Shown: positions 1 to 10,873 of the stretch, in pieces
Layout: every line of letters starts with the position of its first letter
Position numbering within the stretch: position 1 is the stretch's first letter
Assembly (NCBI GenBank): GCA_030867685.1
Contig: JAQOWU010000008.1
Coordinates: 806,001-870,000 of the forward strand
From: Wickerhamiella versatilis
Lineage: Eukaryota
Length of the DNA stretch: 64,000 nucleotides
Direction of reading: 5' to 3'
Notes under the pieces: model-generated
The model's input: the letters and a program-made list of their open reading frames with translations, nothing else
What the model was told of the DNA's origin: nothing
Database searches by the model: none
Made by a program: the position numbers and the translations under genes

Positions 1-1076
<1,076 letters not shown>

Positions 1077-1266
1077 TTAGCTAGGATATTGATGGGCGAG
1101 GGTGGCGACTGATGAGGGAACTGGGCTAGGGTATAAGTCTAAACTAGTCCAATAACCAGGCAAAAGTAACCATGTTGCCCAAACGGAATTAAGCGTGGGT
1201 ATATATAGTCTATGAAGCAATGCTAGGAAGAAAACGACATACTGTTAACGGCACATTAAATAACAT

Positions 1267-1860
1267 TTAGATATTGGGTGGAAGGAGCAATGCAGCCACC
1301 ACGCTACCTCGCTCAGAGGCAAGAAGGTCGAAGTTACTTGCACTATTAAGGGTGGTCCCTATTTCTGTCTGCATCCCACGACTGACAAAATAATTTTTTG
1401 TAGCCTGGCCAAGAATTCGACTCTTACCTCCAAGGCCCAATACCAAGAGTTCGGGCTTGGGATGCACGACGTCAAATATTGCTAGTAGCTTGTCTTTATC
1501 CAGCTCCACGCGACCCGACTGGATACCCTTCACCGAATCATCGTCCATATTTACCACAAACGCTTCACGGCCTAATAGGATAAGTCCCTTTAGTGCACCG
1601 GGCTTCGATTCAATTCTAGCCCCACTTGTTAGCACAAAGCCGTTGGAAGTTACACTTTCAATATTATTTGCCGGTGTTACTTGATCAGCGATGTTGAAAT
1701 CCTCTATAGTATTTGTTTTTTTTGGTGCATTGGCGAGAACATCAATGGGTTCTGATCGAGGAACTTTATTGGGGTCAGGTTTCAAAATCTTGCTTGACAG
1801 AAAAAGCCTTGGTACTACACTGGCAACCCGAAAGCGTCGAGGAGCGTAACGTAGAAGCAT
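1267..1860 (-). CDS. Mth938/DUF498-domain protein, NDUFAF3-like mitochondrial complex I assembly factor
   Basis: Arg-rich mitochondrial presequence from ATG 1860 (MLLRYAPRRFR); family motifs HPKPELLVLGLG and NSASNFDLLASERGSVVAALLLP. Confidence 0.8.
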   Translation of the reverse strand: MLLRYAPRRFRVASVVPRLFLSSKILKPDPNKVPRSEPIDVLANAPKKTNTIEDFNIADQVTPANNIESVTSNGFVLTSGARIESKPGALKGLILLGREAFVVNMDDDSVKGIQSGRVELDKDKLLAIFDVVHPKPELLVLGLGGKSRILGQATKNYFVSRGMQTEIGTTLNSASNFDLLASERGSVVAALLLPPNI

Positions 1861-1917
1861 AGTGTCTTGCGTACGTAATCGAATTTGCACCTCCCATTAG
1901 TTCGAGATTTCTCCTAC

Positions 1918-2340
1918 ATGCCTGTTAGCGCCATTAAAGGTGTGCAGACCTCCATCCAAAATGGTATTGGTGCATTTGTTCAGCCATGTAAGAAGATAAC
2001 TTTGAGGTATTGTAACTGGGGTGGTTCCTCGCGGGGAATGAGGCAGCTCCTTCGCGAGGAGCTTCGCGATATCGCGGCAAAGTACCCACGTGTTGAGATA
2101 AGTGTCCAGAAAAAGGCAGGGCACCCAGTAGTGCAGGGCGAGTATGCTGGTGGTCTTACGAAGACGGTATGTGTGAGAAACTATGATGCACGCAAGATTA
2201 AAGAAAAGATTCAACTTGTGAGTGACAGTTCAGGCGCTCAACTACGGAAGTTTCAGCGTCCCGTGGAGTCCAAAAACCAGTCGGTGCGTGGGATTTGGTC
2301 TCCTTTCCATGTTGATAAGGAAAGTCGTCTTAGGATTTGA
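1918..2340 (+). CDS. MRPL51: Mitochondrial ribosomal protein mL43
   Basis: MPVSAIK...NGIGAFVQPCKKITLRYCNWGGSSRGMR...SVRGIWSPFH; 140 aa from ATG 1918. Confidence 0.93.
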   Translation: MPVSAIKGVQTSIQNGIGAFVQPCKKITLRYCNWGGSSRGMRQLLREELRDIAAKYPRVEISVQKKAGHPVVQGEYAGGLTKTVCVRNYDARKIKEKIQLVSDSSGAQLRKFQRPVESKNQSVRGIWSPFHVDKESRLRI

Positions 2341-2510
2341 GTCTTTCTTTCCTGGACGTATTGTCCAATAATGCATCATGAATTATATTTCTGTAAATAG
2401 GTATGTATTTTCTAAGTATTGAACTGGCTTTGAAAGGAACATCTATCTTCTTTCTTTTTTTTGTCTTTGGCTACATTTAAGTGCGAGTTGAGAAAATATT
2501 ATATAATATA

Positions 2511-3470
2511 ATGACCGAAAAACGGGATTTTTCAGAAATTGAGGTGGACCTGGACAAGCCAGCGCCTCTCAATAAGAAGCAGAAGCGGCTTGAAAAGAAA
2601 GGAAAGTTGAAAACACCCAAACCTGCTGATGAACAGGCACCGAAACGATCGCCTCATGCTGTCTGGATAGGCAACCTGTCATATGAGACAACGCCAAAAG
2701 AATTAACTCAGTTCATTGCACAAAAATCAAATGGTGCTGTGGAAGAGCAGGATATATTACGGGTCCACCTTCCTCCTAAGAGAGGGTTTGCCTATGTTGA
2801 TCTTGCGAGTGCAGAGCAGGCAACAGCTGTTATCGCCCTCTCTGAGTCTCAGCTGAGCGGCCGTAACCTTCTTATCAAGGACGCTAAATCTTATGCTGGT
2901 CGACCAGGAAAGCCAGCCACTGATAACAGTAATGCTCCATCACGGGTGCTTTTCGTTGGTAATCTATCCTTTGATACGACTGATGACGACCTTCAAATGC
3001 ATTTCCAGCATTGTGGAGAGATATCAAGGATCCGGACGGCAACTTTCCAGGATTCTGGAAAATGTAAAGGCTTCAGTTTTATTGACTTTTTCGATGTGGA
3101 GGCATGTAAGAGAGCTTTGGGAGATAAGAGATGTCGTAGACTGAATGGACGGTCTCTAAGAATGGAGTATGGCGAAGATCGTTCGAAAAGAAAGTCACAG
3201 AGGGACGAATCGGTAAGAACAGACCATTTTGCTGATAATGGAGCGTATCCAGAGGTGGCAGAACCAGCAGTGGAATCGACCCCTGAAGTCCCCCCTGCCA
3301 GTGATACCCAGATAGCGAAAGCAGCTCATGATGTATCAACTCCACGTGAGAAACATCAGCCGAAGAAACGCATTGCCAACCGCCCAACCCCAGGACAGGC
3401 ACTCTCGAATGCAACCCGCGCTAAGCAATCTATTAAACCCTCTGAGGGCAAAAAGATAACTTTTGCTTGA
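2511..3470 (+). CDS. NOP13: Nucleolar two-RRM RNA-binding protein
   Basis: VWIGNLSY and LFVGNLSFD (RNP2), RGFAYVD and KCKGFSFIDF (RNP1), LRMEYGEDRSK, C-terminal GKKITF; first ATG 2511. Confidence 0.85.
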   Translation: MTEKRDFSEIEVDLDKPAPLNKKQKRLEKKGKLKTPKPADEQAPKRSPHAVWIGNLSYETTPKELTQFIAQKSNGAVEEQDILRVHLPPKRGFAYVDLASAEQATAVIALSESQLSGRNLLIKDAKSYAGRPGKPATDNSNAPSRVLFVGNLSFDTTDDDLQMHFQHCGEISRIRTATFQDSGKCKGFSFIDFFDVEACKRALGDKRCRRLNGRSLRMEYGEDRSKRKSQRDESVRTDHFADNGAYPEVAEPAVESTPEVPPASDTQIAKAAHDVSTPREKHQPKKRIANRPTPGQALSNATRAKQSIKPSEGKKITFA

Positions 3471-3651
3471 AGTCTAAGCTTGTCTTTTTGTTTGTATGCG
3501 TGCGTTCTCGTTAAATTATGATATCACCGCATTGACGAATTATTCAGTAATCGAACAAGTTATATAACTATGTTATCAAATTAGATACTATCTATTCGTG
3601 TAATATTTACATTGAACCCCAATAGAGAATGCTGATACCGGTAAATCCAAA

Positions 3652-5406
3652 TCAAATGCCATCTAGCTCTTCGCTATCTCTGCGCCCCAAGCGACTGAGA
3701 CGTCTCACGAAATTTCCATGCTTGTTTTCAAGATTAGACATTATCCTGCCACTTAGTCCTCTCCTTGGTAACTTTATTGGAGACTCCTTCAAATCGTTCC
3801 GCTTAGGATCCTCCACTGAAGGTGCCATTCCGTTTGGTTCACCCCAGCTATCATGCCCGGTATGAGAGGAAAAAAAAAGGCTATTCTTACGGAGGGACTC
3901 CAGCCACGGCCGCCCGGCGCTGGGGGTCCACGCATGCTCACTGCTGCTATCAGACTTGGCACGCGAGTTACTGCGACCTGGTGTTGTTTGCGTCGACTGA
4001 TCTTGGAACAGGTTTGAAGGAATAAGTCCTCCTGCCGAAGGAGAGAGTGCAGGTGTATGCAGCGGCTCAGCTTCTGGCGGGGTAGTATCCCCTGACCTAA
4101 CTGGCCCAGCAAACGCGTTCTGAATCGGATGCGGGCTCAGGCCAGGTTGTTGAGCAGACCTCCTCGGGCTTGCGGCATAAATGTCAGAAGAATAAGACGG
4201 TAGCAAGCCCAATGGTGGACCAGAAATCGTGGATTGCTCAAATGAATGCTGGGCATTCTGCTGTAGCTGGTATGCAGCGATGTACTTTTTTTCCATTTCC
4301 GCCTGTGTTCGGTTCCATGTCTCATCTAGCATAGATTTTGTTTTCAAATCTTGCTTTAATCTAGCTGCGAGTTCGGGCGAAACTAGTTGACAGAGGGTGT
4401 TTTCGGCACTTTTCACCGCTTTTTCGGACACATCATGTCGAATTGTTTCTATGCAAGCTCTAGCATGGGCTTTTTCTGCCTCAGTGTTTTGCAATTGGCC
4501 CTTAGCCGCCAATACATCGTTAGCAATAGCTAACTCTCTCGAGGACGGATTCTTTGCCTCTGAATTGAGCAGATTGTCGTCCCTCTTTATACGCAGGCCT
4601 ATCTGCTGCTCATCTGATTGCTTTTCGAGAGCCAAGGTAGCAGCATCAATGTCCTCAGCTTCCTTTCGCAGCCTCCTCATCTCTTCCTTAGATTTTTCCA
4701 GCGACTCCTTAAGAGAAGCCAATCTTTCACCTTCACTTTCAGCACTCCGCCCAAGTTTTGCCCTCTTCAAATCTAGGGCATGCCGTGAGTCCTCTGTCAC
4801 CTTCAGTTCTCCTCGAAGATGTCCTCGGTAGCTATCTTCAGATTTCTTAATATCAATTAATTGTGCAAGTAGGGCACTAAGCTTCTCACTTTCTTCACTG
4901 AATTCCTTGTTTGCAAGATATATCTGATCTAAAACTTCCTTTGTAGACGTTTGCAGTGACTTCAGAGTAGGATTGTCAGGTGCCACATGGAGTGTCCCAG
5001 TTGGCTCGCGTGGAGCTCGCTCTCCGGAAGACGCGAGCGTGTGAATTATTATGATTGCCTCCTCTCCAAGCCTATCATGCTGACCCACTCCACACACTCT
5101 GACGTGGTATGTTGTGTCTGCGTCGAGGTCGCGAAGCACAGCTGTTTCGTCATATTTGCCAACCTCGAAGGCACGGGGACCAACCTGGATTCTATAACGT
5201 CGACAGCCTTTCTTACTAGGAGCTTGCCATCTGATTGAAACCCAAGTATCACCCAGCTCATCCACAGTAACCTCGGGTTTCTCGGGTCTCACCAAACTGA
5301 GTGATTCAAGGAGAACCGTGCGGGGAGTTCTCAATAGAATGAAAGACCGGAGAATGAGCCATGCAAGAGAAACAGCTACTATAAGCTGTGCTGGTTCCGT
5401 TAACAT
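3652..5406 (-). CDS. Uncharacterised protein: N-terminal TM helix, fibronectin type III domain, coiled coil, disordered tail
   Basis: 584-aa ORF; hydrophobic LIVAVSLAWLILRSFILL; FN3 pattern (VSIRWQAP...YRIQV...LRDLDADTTYHVRVCGV); heptad-rich middle; S/P-rich tail. Confidence 0.75.
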   Translation of the reverse strand: MLTEPAQLIVAVSLAWLILRSFILLRTPRTVLLESLSLVRPEKPEVTVDELGDTWVSIRWQAPSKKGCRRYRIQVGPRAFEVGKYDETAVLRDLDADTTYHVRVCGVGQHDRLGEEAIIIIHTLASSGERAPREPTGTLHVAPDNPTLKSLQTSTKEVLDQIYLANKEFSEESEKLSALLAQLIDIKKSEDSYRGHLRGELKVTEDSRHALDLKRAKLGRSAESEGERLASLKESLEKSKEEMRRLRKEAEDIDAATLALEKQSDEQQIGLRIKRDDNLLNSEAKNPSSRELAIANDVLAAKGQLQNTEAEKAHARACIETIRHDVSEKAVKSAENTLCQLVSPELAARLKQDLKTKSMLDETWNRTQAEMEKKYIAAYQLQQNAQHSFEQSTISGPPLGLLPSYSSDIYAASPRRSAQQPGLSPHPIQNAFAGPVRSGDTTPPEAEPLHTPALSPSAGGLIPSNLFQDQSTQTTPGRSNSRAKSDSSSEHAWTPSAGRPWLESLRKNSLFFSSHTGHDSWGEPNGMAPSVEDPKRNDLKESPIKLPRRGLSGRIMSNLENKHGNFVRRLSRLGRRDSEELDGI

Positions 5407-5817
5407 ACATCGAATGCCCGACTCTGCCAGTATTTTAGTCGAGCGATCAAACGATCAACGCTTTTATGACGTAAGGTTCAAAGTCGCAGGTGGTATCCAA
5501 CCAGTTTCAGGTAGTGGACTTTCTTAGATATGACGATAATCCATCTTTTTGAACCAGAGACCAGAGAAGGTTTGTCACAGTTGACTTGAGAGTGCAGAAC
5601 TAAAATTGACACTAAAATTTCAGACTTCAGTCTAAGTGTCAATAAATTTATCCGAGGCATTTATCTAAGCATTGGCTAAAGTAGTTATTCTCACTTTAAA
5701 AGAAAAAAAGTGGAACTTCTGTATAGGCTCTATGCTAAAGGCGCAGATTATAACAGGACTTACTATTTCGGATCTAATGATTCATACAGGAATAAAGACC
5801 GATGGGCTAGGGGTCCG

Positions 5818-5824
5818 TGACTCA
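5818..5824 (+). promoter_or_regulatory. Gcn4/AP-1-type site TGACTCA upstream of GLY1
   Basis: GTGACTCAT about 50 bp before the GLY1 ATG; matches the Gcn4 consensus and precedes an amino-acid metabolism gene. Confidence 0.5.
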
Positions 5825-5870
5825 TCGAAAAAAGCTTCCGCTGTTACTATCTCAGACTTAACGAATATTA

Positions 5871-6953
5871 ATGTCTAATATGTCTGAGATATCTGTTGCA
5901 TATGATTTCCGTAGTGATACCATGACTACGCCACTACCGGAAATGATTGACTCAATCAGAACTGCATCATGGGGTGATTCGGTGTACGACGAAGATGCTG
6001 CAACTGCTGAACTAGAGGCAAAAGTGGCACGACTCACCGGTAAGCCAGCTGGCCTTTTCTGTGTTAGCGGTACATTGTCAAACCAAATTGGCATTCGCAC
6101 AAATTTGCACCAACCTCCACACTCAGTTCTTTGTGATTATCGCGCTCATGTGTACTCATGTGAGGCTGGTGGCCTGGCTACTCTGAGCCAAGCGATGGTG
6201 ACGCCCGTAATTCCATCAAACGGGGTCTATATTACCCTTGAAGATATCAAAAAGCGTGCCGTTTTATTGGATGACGTCCATCTCGCACCAACAAGACTCA
6301 TCTCTCTGGAAAACACTTTGAGCGGCTCAATCATGCCATTGGAAGAAGTCAAAAGAATCTCAGAGTGGGCACATGACAACCATATTAGAATGCATTTGGA
6401 CGGTGCACGGTTATGGAATGCTGCCGCAGAGACCAATACCAACCTCGCAGACTGGTGTAAATATTTTGACAGTGTGTCGCTATGTCTCTCAAAGGGCTTG
6501 TGCGCACCCGTAGGAAGCATTCTGGTTGGTGAGCGTGAATTTATCTACAAGGCAAAATGGTTCCGTAAACAGCAGGGTGGTGGTATCAGACAAGCCGGCT
6601 GGCTAGCTACCGCTGCGCAGATTGCAATTGACAAGGTCTGGCCAACAATGCCAGAAACTCATCGACGTGCTCGCAAGCTTGCCGCTGAGCTGGAAAAGAT
6701 TGGAATCCCCCCTGCTTTGCCTGTGCAGACAAGCTTTATTATCATGGACGCTGAGAAAGCTGGACTTAATCTTGAACTCTTCAGGGATGAAGCAGAGCAG
6801 CGTGGGCTTAAAGTGTGGGGAGTACGTCTTGCTCTTCATTACTGGACCAGTGAGAAGGCCATCCAACTCCTTGTTGAGGCTCTTACCAGTGCACTTGAGC
6901 GTTCAAAACAGGGAGCTCAAGCTCGTAATAAACCGTTGAACATAGCCTATTAG
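5871..6953 (+). CDS. GLY1: Low-specificity L-threonine aldolase
   Basis: DFRSDTMT, FCVSGTLSNQIGIR, LENTL, MHLDGARLWNA, PLP lysine in SLCLSKGLCAPVGS, FRKQQGGGIRQAG. Confidence 0.95.
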   Translation: MSNMSEISVAYDFRSDTMTTPLPEMIDSIRTASWGDSVYDEDAATAELEAKVARLTGKPAGLFCVSGTLSNQIGIRTNLHQPPHSVLCDYRAHVYSCEAGGLATLSQAMVTPVIPSNGVYITLEDIKKRAVLLDDVHLAPTRLISLENTLSGSIMPLEEVKRISEWAHDNHIRMHLDGARLWNAAAETNTNLADWCKYFDSVSLCLSKGLCAPVGSILVGEREFIYKAKWFRKQQGGGIRQAGWLATAAQIAIDKVWPTMPETHRRARKLAAELEKIGIPPALPVQTSFIIMDAEKAGLNLELFRDEAEQRGLKVWGVRLALHYWTSEKAIQLLVEALTSALERSKQGAQARNKPLNIAY

Positions 6954-7084
6954 CCAGCAAGGTGGTTATTTTCTTGACTTGCTTGGTAGAGTATAATATA
7001 TTACATAACAAATATTCTACTTGTTTGAGACGATCAGGAGGAACTGGCGCAAATAATCTGGCAGCGTACTATCAGGATTCAAGA

Positions 7085-7705
7085 ATGAGAGTGCTACAGA
7101 AGCTTACACGCCGCTATAGTCCTCCCGAAGTCCTTGCTCATCATGCGACAAACGATGACCTGTGGGGCCCTACGTCCAAGGATTTGCAGGAGTTGACTGC
7201 ATTAAGTTACACTCCTAAAAATTGCGGGAAAATTCTCGGAGTTATCGAGCATCGTTTTCGACAAAGTGATCGCCACTGGCGGCAAAAGTCTAAGGGTTTA
7301 ACAGTGTTACGCCACCTTGTCCTCAACGGTAGCATGCTTTGCTACGACTGGACACGTTCCCATTCAAACTATTTACGGTCTTTACGGAAATTTAATTACT
7401 GCGACTCGAAAAATATTGACCAAGGCAAGCCAGTTCGTGAAAAGGCTAAAGCATTGCTCACATTGGTTAATGACCCCGACAATCTGGAGGAGGAAAGGCA
7501 AAAGTTTGCAAGACAGAAGCTGGAAGTTAGAACAACTACAGGTCGTTCGTCAACATCCTCACGGCATACGCTAGATTTAGTGCGAGAGTCGTTGGATGAA
7601 GGTCCGCTGGATGACGAGGCAGATATACCGATCTCACCTCTGCAATCGCCAGGCTTTGTTGGGAGGGGAAGTCTGGCCCTTGAACGCATCCAAGAAGAAT
7701 ATTAA
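7085..7705 (+). CDS. ENTH-domain (epsin family) protein, short Ent4-like
   Basis: ATNDDLWGP, WRQKSKGLTVLRHLVLNGS, DQGKPVREKAKALLTLVND...LEEER are ENTH hallmarks; first ATG 7085; no UIM or NPF tail. Confidence 0.85.
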   Translation: MRVLQKLTRRYSPPEVLAHHATNDDLWGPTSKDLQELTALSYTPKNCGKILGVIEHRFRQSDRHWRQKSKGLTVLRHLVLNGSMLCYDWTRSHSNYLRSLRKFNYCDSKNIDQGKPVREKAKALLTLVNDPDNLEEERQKFARQKLEVRTTTGRSSTSSRHTLDLVRESLDEGPLDDEADIPISPLQSPGFVGRGSLALERIQEEY

Positions 7706-7873
7706 TCGCTTTTCTTCATGACTTAATATAAATCGCTGCATTTGTTCTAATGATGTACTGCCACCTAGTTTTTGCATACTTGTATCGTAATTTAATTGAA
7801 GAGTGTTTTGAAAATGCTTAACTGTATGATAGATGTGCCTTTTTATTGTCATTTGCAAGTAGTAAATGGCTAT

Positions 7874-7879
7874 ACGCGT
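7874..7879. promoter_or_regulatory. MCB element (ACGCGT) upstream of RAD53
   Basis: Exact MluI box about 60 bp before the RAD53 ATG; RAD53 is a G1/S MBF target in budding yeast. Confidence 0.55.
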
Positions 7880-7937
7880 CCCTTACTCATCAATATCACT
7901 GCTTGTTGTTGGGTAGCACTTTATATTAAAACTGGCA

Positions 7938-10205
7938 ATGGGTGACGAGCCAACGCAGCAAGCATCCCCGGACTTTGATGGTGTTGATATAGGATCCCTC
8001 GCATCTGCAGCAGACGAGAATAGCCTTGCAGTAATGGTGGGGACCAAGGGAATGAGGTGTAAATGGGTACTTAGGAAAAGCCCGGACTCAGCTGGATCAA
8101 TATGGCGTTTCGGAAGAGGTCAAAAATGCGAGTTTCAGTTGGATCCTTCGCGAAAACGTTTGAGTAATGTTCATTTCGAAATTCATGCAACTAAAGATGA
8201 CCCCCCGAGCTTTGTGGTAATTGATCGATCGACAAATGGCACCTGGCTCAACTCAAGGAAATTGGAGAGAGGCTTCAATTCATTTCTTGCTCCCGGTGAT
8301 GAAATAGGAGTAGGGTTTGGTATTGAGGCAGATGAGATTAGATTTATTTTTGTGGTGCCGCGTGAGACCCCAGAGAGGGGGATTTTTTCGGAATACCAAC
8401 TTGAGGGAGTAGTAGGACAGGGTGCATTTGCTATGGTACGCACTGCGTTAGAACGTTCGACCATGCAGCGCCGTGCCGTGAAGATAATTGACAAGAAGCG
8501 TATCGAGGGGCAGAATGTTCAAGCTGTGGATCGGGAAATTGCCATAATGGCCTCCCTGAAACATCCTAACATCGTACGCTTCTACAAGAAATTTGAGGAA
8601 GGGGGCCAATACTTCCTTATTATGGATTATGTTCCTAATGGTGATCTCATGGACTATGTTAGTGGCATTGATCCGCCCCAAGGTCTTGATGAGGACGTGT
8701 GCCGTGAAATCCTCAGGCAAGTTCTAGATGCGATCGCTTATGTTCACAGTTTGGGAATCAGTCATCGAGATTTAAAGCCAGACAACATCTTAGTCGATCA
8801 AACCAATCCAGTGAGCGTGAAAATAACTGACTTTGGCTTGGCTAAACTCAATCAAAATTCCTTCTTAAGGACATTCTGTGGGACATTATCTTATTTGGCC
8901 CCTGAGGTCCTTGAAAGCCGCAATGCCTCTACGTCTAAGACAAGAACAAATTCAGGCTACACGAAATTGGTTGATATTTGGAGTGTTGGGTGTATAGCTT
9001 TTGTTATTCTTACTGGTTATATGCCGTTCAACGGCGAGACACAGGATGAGCTTTATGAGCGGGTCCGCAACTGCGATTTTCCAAGAAGACTGCTCGATAA
9101 TGTCTCTGCAAATGCAGGGGATTTTGTGGAAAAGCTACTCACTGTTGACCCGATGCATCGTCCTTCGGCTGCGGAGGCATTGAAGCATCCTTGGATGCAG
9201 GAGTCAGTTGCTCTGCCAGAAAGGGAATTGTCTATAAATTCATCCAATGACTCGTATCAAGCAAGTACTGCTTATAGAACAGCAACGCCTGATATACAGA
9301 ACCCCATCCCGCCTCCTTCTTCGTCACCGGGCCCATCTCACCACCTGGAAGCTCTCAAGCTTGGCACTCGTTTTCCCAGCAAACCCCCGTCATTGGAATA
9401 TGACCATGATAAAATTGATAGTCAGAACGAGGATGCTGACAGGGTTATACATCCAGGAGACCAAGAGAGTGACAGCGATAACGAAGAAACAAGAGCAAGA
9501 GCCTCTCAGGAAAATATGATGGAAAACGAATCAGGTTATGCACTTGATGAACCAGGCAATATAGGCTCCAATCTCCCGGGGGGAACATGGATGCTGCTAA
9601 GAACTGTAAGCATGAGTCGTCCGTGTAAAGATATTTGCGTCACTAAGGACAGGTTGCAAATTGGGAGGCAAGCTGCTGTGGATAATGATTGTGTGCTTCA
9701 CGACATGGAGTTACTTTCTGCAGTGCATTGTGCTATCCGGCGCGTCAAGAATCCCAACACCGAACTCTATGAGGTCTGGCTGGATGCTTATGGCCGTCGA
9801 GAGTGCATTGTCAATTCACACTGGAAAATCAGGTCTGGAGAATCTATGAGATTGTATCAAGGAGATACAATTTCTCTATTCTTTGACTACATCGATTCCT
9901 CCCATTTCGATTTTTTAGGCTTTGACGTTGAATTCTGTGATCGCGAACATTATGATTCCATACCACCACCAGAGAAAGAGCGGGAAGGACCCAGGATTAT
10001 GCCAGAAGATGTTCGAATGCTGGTGAGGCCTAGTGAAGAAGATCTTTCTGTAATTGACACTAGTAAGAAGCCAAAGTCGCGACCGCCACTGAGGCTAAGC
10101 CAACAACAGCAAGCAGACACCAGAGAGCCAGCAAAAAGACAAAGATCTCCGGAGAAGCTATCTTTTGAGGTTGCTCGAAAAAAACAGACAGTAAATCGCG
10201 CCTAA
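7938..10205 (+). CDS. RAD53: DNA damage checkpoint kinase (FHA-kinase-FHA)
   Basis: FHA1 (FGRG...LSNVHF...DRSTNGTWLN), kinase (GQGAFAMV, HRDLKPDN, DFGLAK, TFCGTLSYLAPE), FHA2 (IGRQ...LSAVHC). Confidence 0.92.
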   Translation: MGDEPTQQASPDFDGVDIGSLASAADENSLAVMVGTKGMRCKWVLRKSPDSAGSIWRFGRGQKCEFQLDPSRKRLSNVHFEIHATKDDPPSFVVIDRSTNGTWLNSRKLERGFNSFLAPGDEIGVGFGIEADEIRFIFVVPRETPERGIFSEYQLEGVVGQGAFAMVRTALERSTMQRRAVKIIDKKRIEGQNVQAVDREIAIMASLKHPNIVRFYKKFEEGGQYFLIMDYVPNGDLMDYVSGIDPPQGLDEDVCREILRQVLDAIAYVHSLGISHRDLKPDNILVDQTNPVSVKITDFGLAKLNQNSFLRTFCGTLSYLAPEVLESRNASTSKTRTNSGYTKLVDIWSVGCIAFVILTGYMPFNGETQDELYERVRNCDFPRRLLDNVSANAGDFVEKLLTVDPMHRPSAAEALKHPWMQESVALPERELSINSSNDSYQASTAYRTATPDIQNPIPPPSSSPGPSHHLEALKLGTRFPSKPPSLEYDHDKIDSQNEDADRVIHPGDQESDSDNEETRARASQENMMENESGYALDEPGNIGSNLPGGTWMLLRTVSMSRPCKDICVTKDRLQIGRQAAVDNDCVLHDMELLSAVHCAIRRVKNPNTELYEVWLDAYGRRECIVNSHWKIRSGESMRLYQGDTISLFFDYIDSSHFDFLGFDVEFCDREHYDSIPPPEKEREGPRIMPEDVRMLVRPSEEDLSVIDTSKKPKSRPPLRLSQQQQADTREPAKRQRSPEKLSFEVARKKQTVNRA

Positions 10206-10263
10206 AATTAATGCATATATCTTTTTCATAAAATCAGACCATTGGCCTCTAAGAACCCTAACC

Positions 10264-10833
10264 ATGTCGTTATCGTTGTGCCAGACTCGTCAGGCTGGTC
10301 TCCGTCACCTAGCGGCGAGTATGGATGGTGGACTATGGCTAGACACCATTCATTTGAATGCTGATTCTATTAAGTACCGTTTGCCAGATCCCAAGCCTCT
10401 ATTCGCACTGGCAGAGTCGATCTCAATGGAGCAGCAGCCAAAGAATCTTCGGGTGTATTTAGATTATTGTTATAAGTTGTTTCGCGAATATGAGAGCTGT
10501 TTGAAGACCGAGAATGGCTCTGTGCTGCGAAGAATGTTTCTCCATTCAATCACCAACGACACAGCAAGTCAGAAGAAATTTGAAAACTTAATCTATCCAC
10601 CACTCTTCTTTATGGATCATCGAATTGTATTTATTTGTATATGCGACGTTTTGGCAGTAATGTATGACAATATTGAGTACTTGATTTCACAAAAGGGGCC
10701 TCAAGGCACTGAGGAGATACTCCAGCGCCTTGACCATATGGTAGAGTCATACGTGTTAAAACCAGGGTCGTCCGCACTTGAGACTGAGAGCAAGTCAGCT
10801 TTCGAGGAGGAGAAAAGACTTTTGTTCGCATGA
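10264..10833 (+). CDS. Uncharacterised helical protein, probably a conserved fungal family
   Basis: 189-aa ATG ORF filling the gap between RAD53 and the next convergent gene; GGLWLDTI and LIYPPLFF...VFICICDVLAVMY segments look like conserved blocks. Confidence 0.65.
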   Translation: MSLSLCQTRQAGLRHLAASMDGGLWLDTIHLNADSIKYRLPDPKPLFALAESISMEQQPKNLRVYLDYCYKLFREYESCLKTENGSVLRRMFLHSITNDTASQKKFENLIYPPLFFMDHRIVFICICDVLAVMYDNIEYLISQKGPQGTEEILQRLDHMVESYVLKPGSSALETESKSAFEEEKRLLFA

Positions 10834-10873
10834 ACTCTATGTTATTGGTAGGTATACTTTCAGTGGGTAATGT

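Noticed and set aside
5605..5643. Inverted repeat ATTGACACT/AGTGTCAAT between the FN3 gene and GLY1
   Set aside because: Only 9 bp in AT-rich DNA; no second copy or target-site duplication seen.
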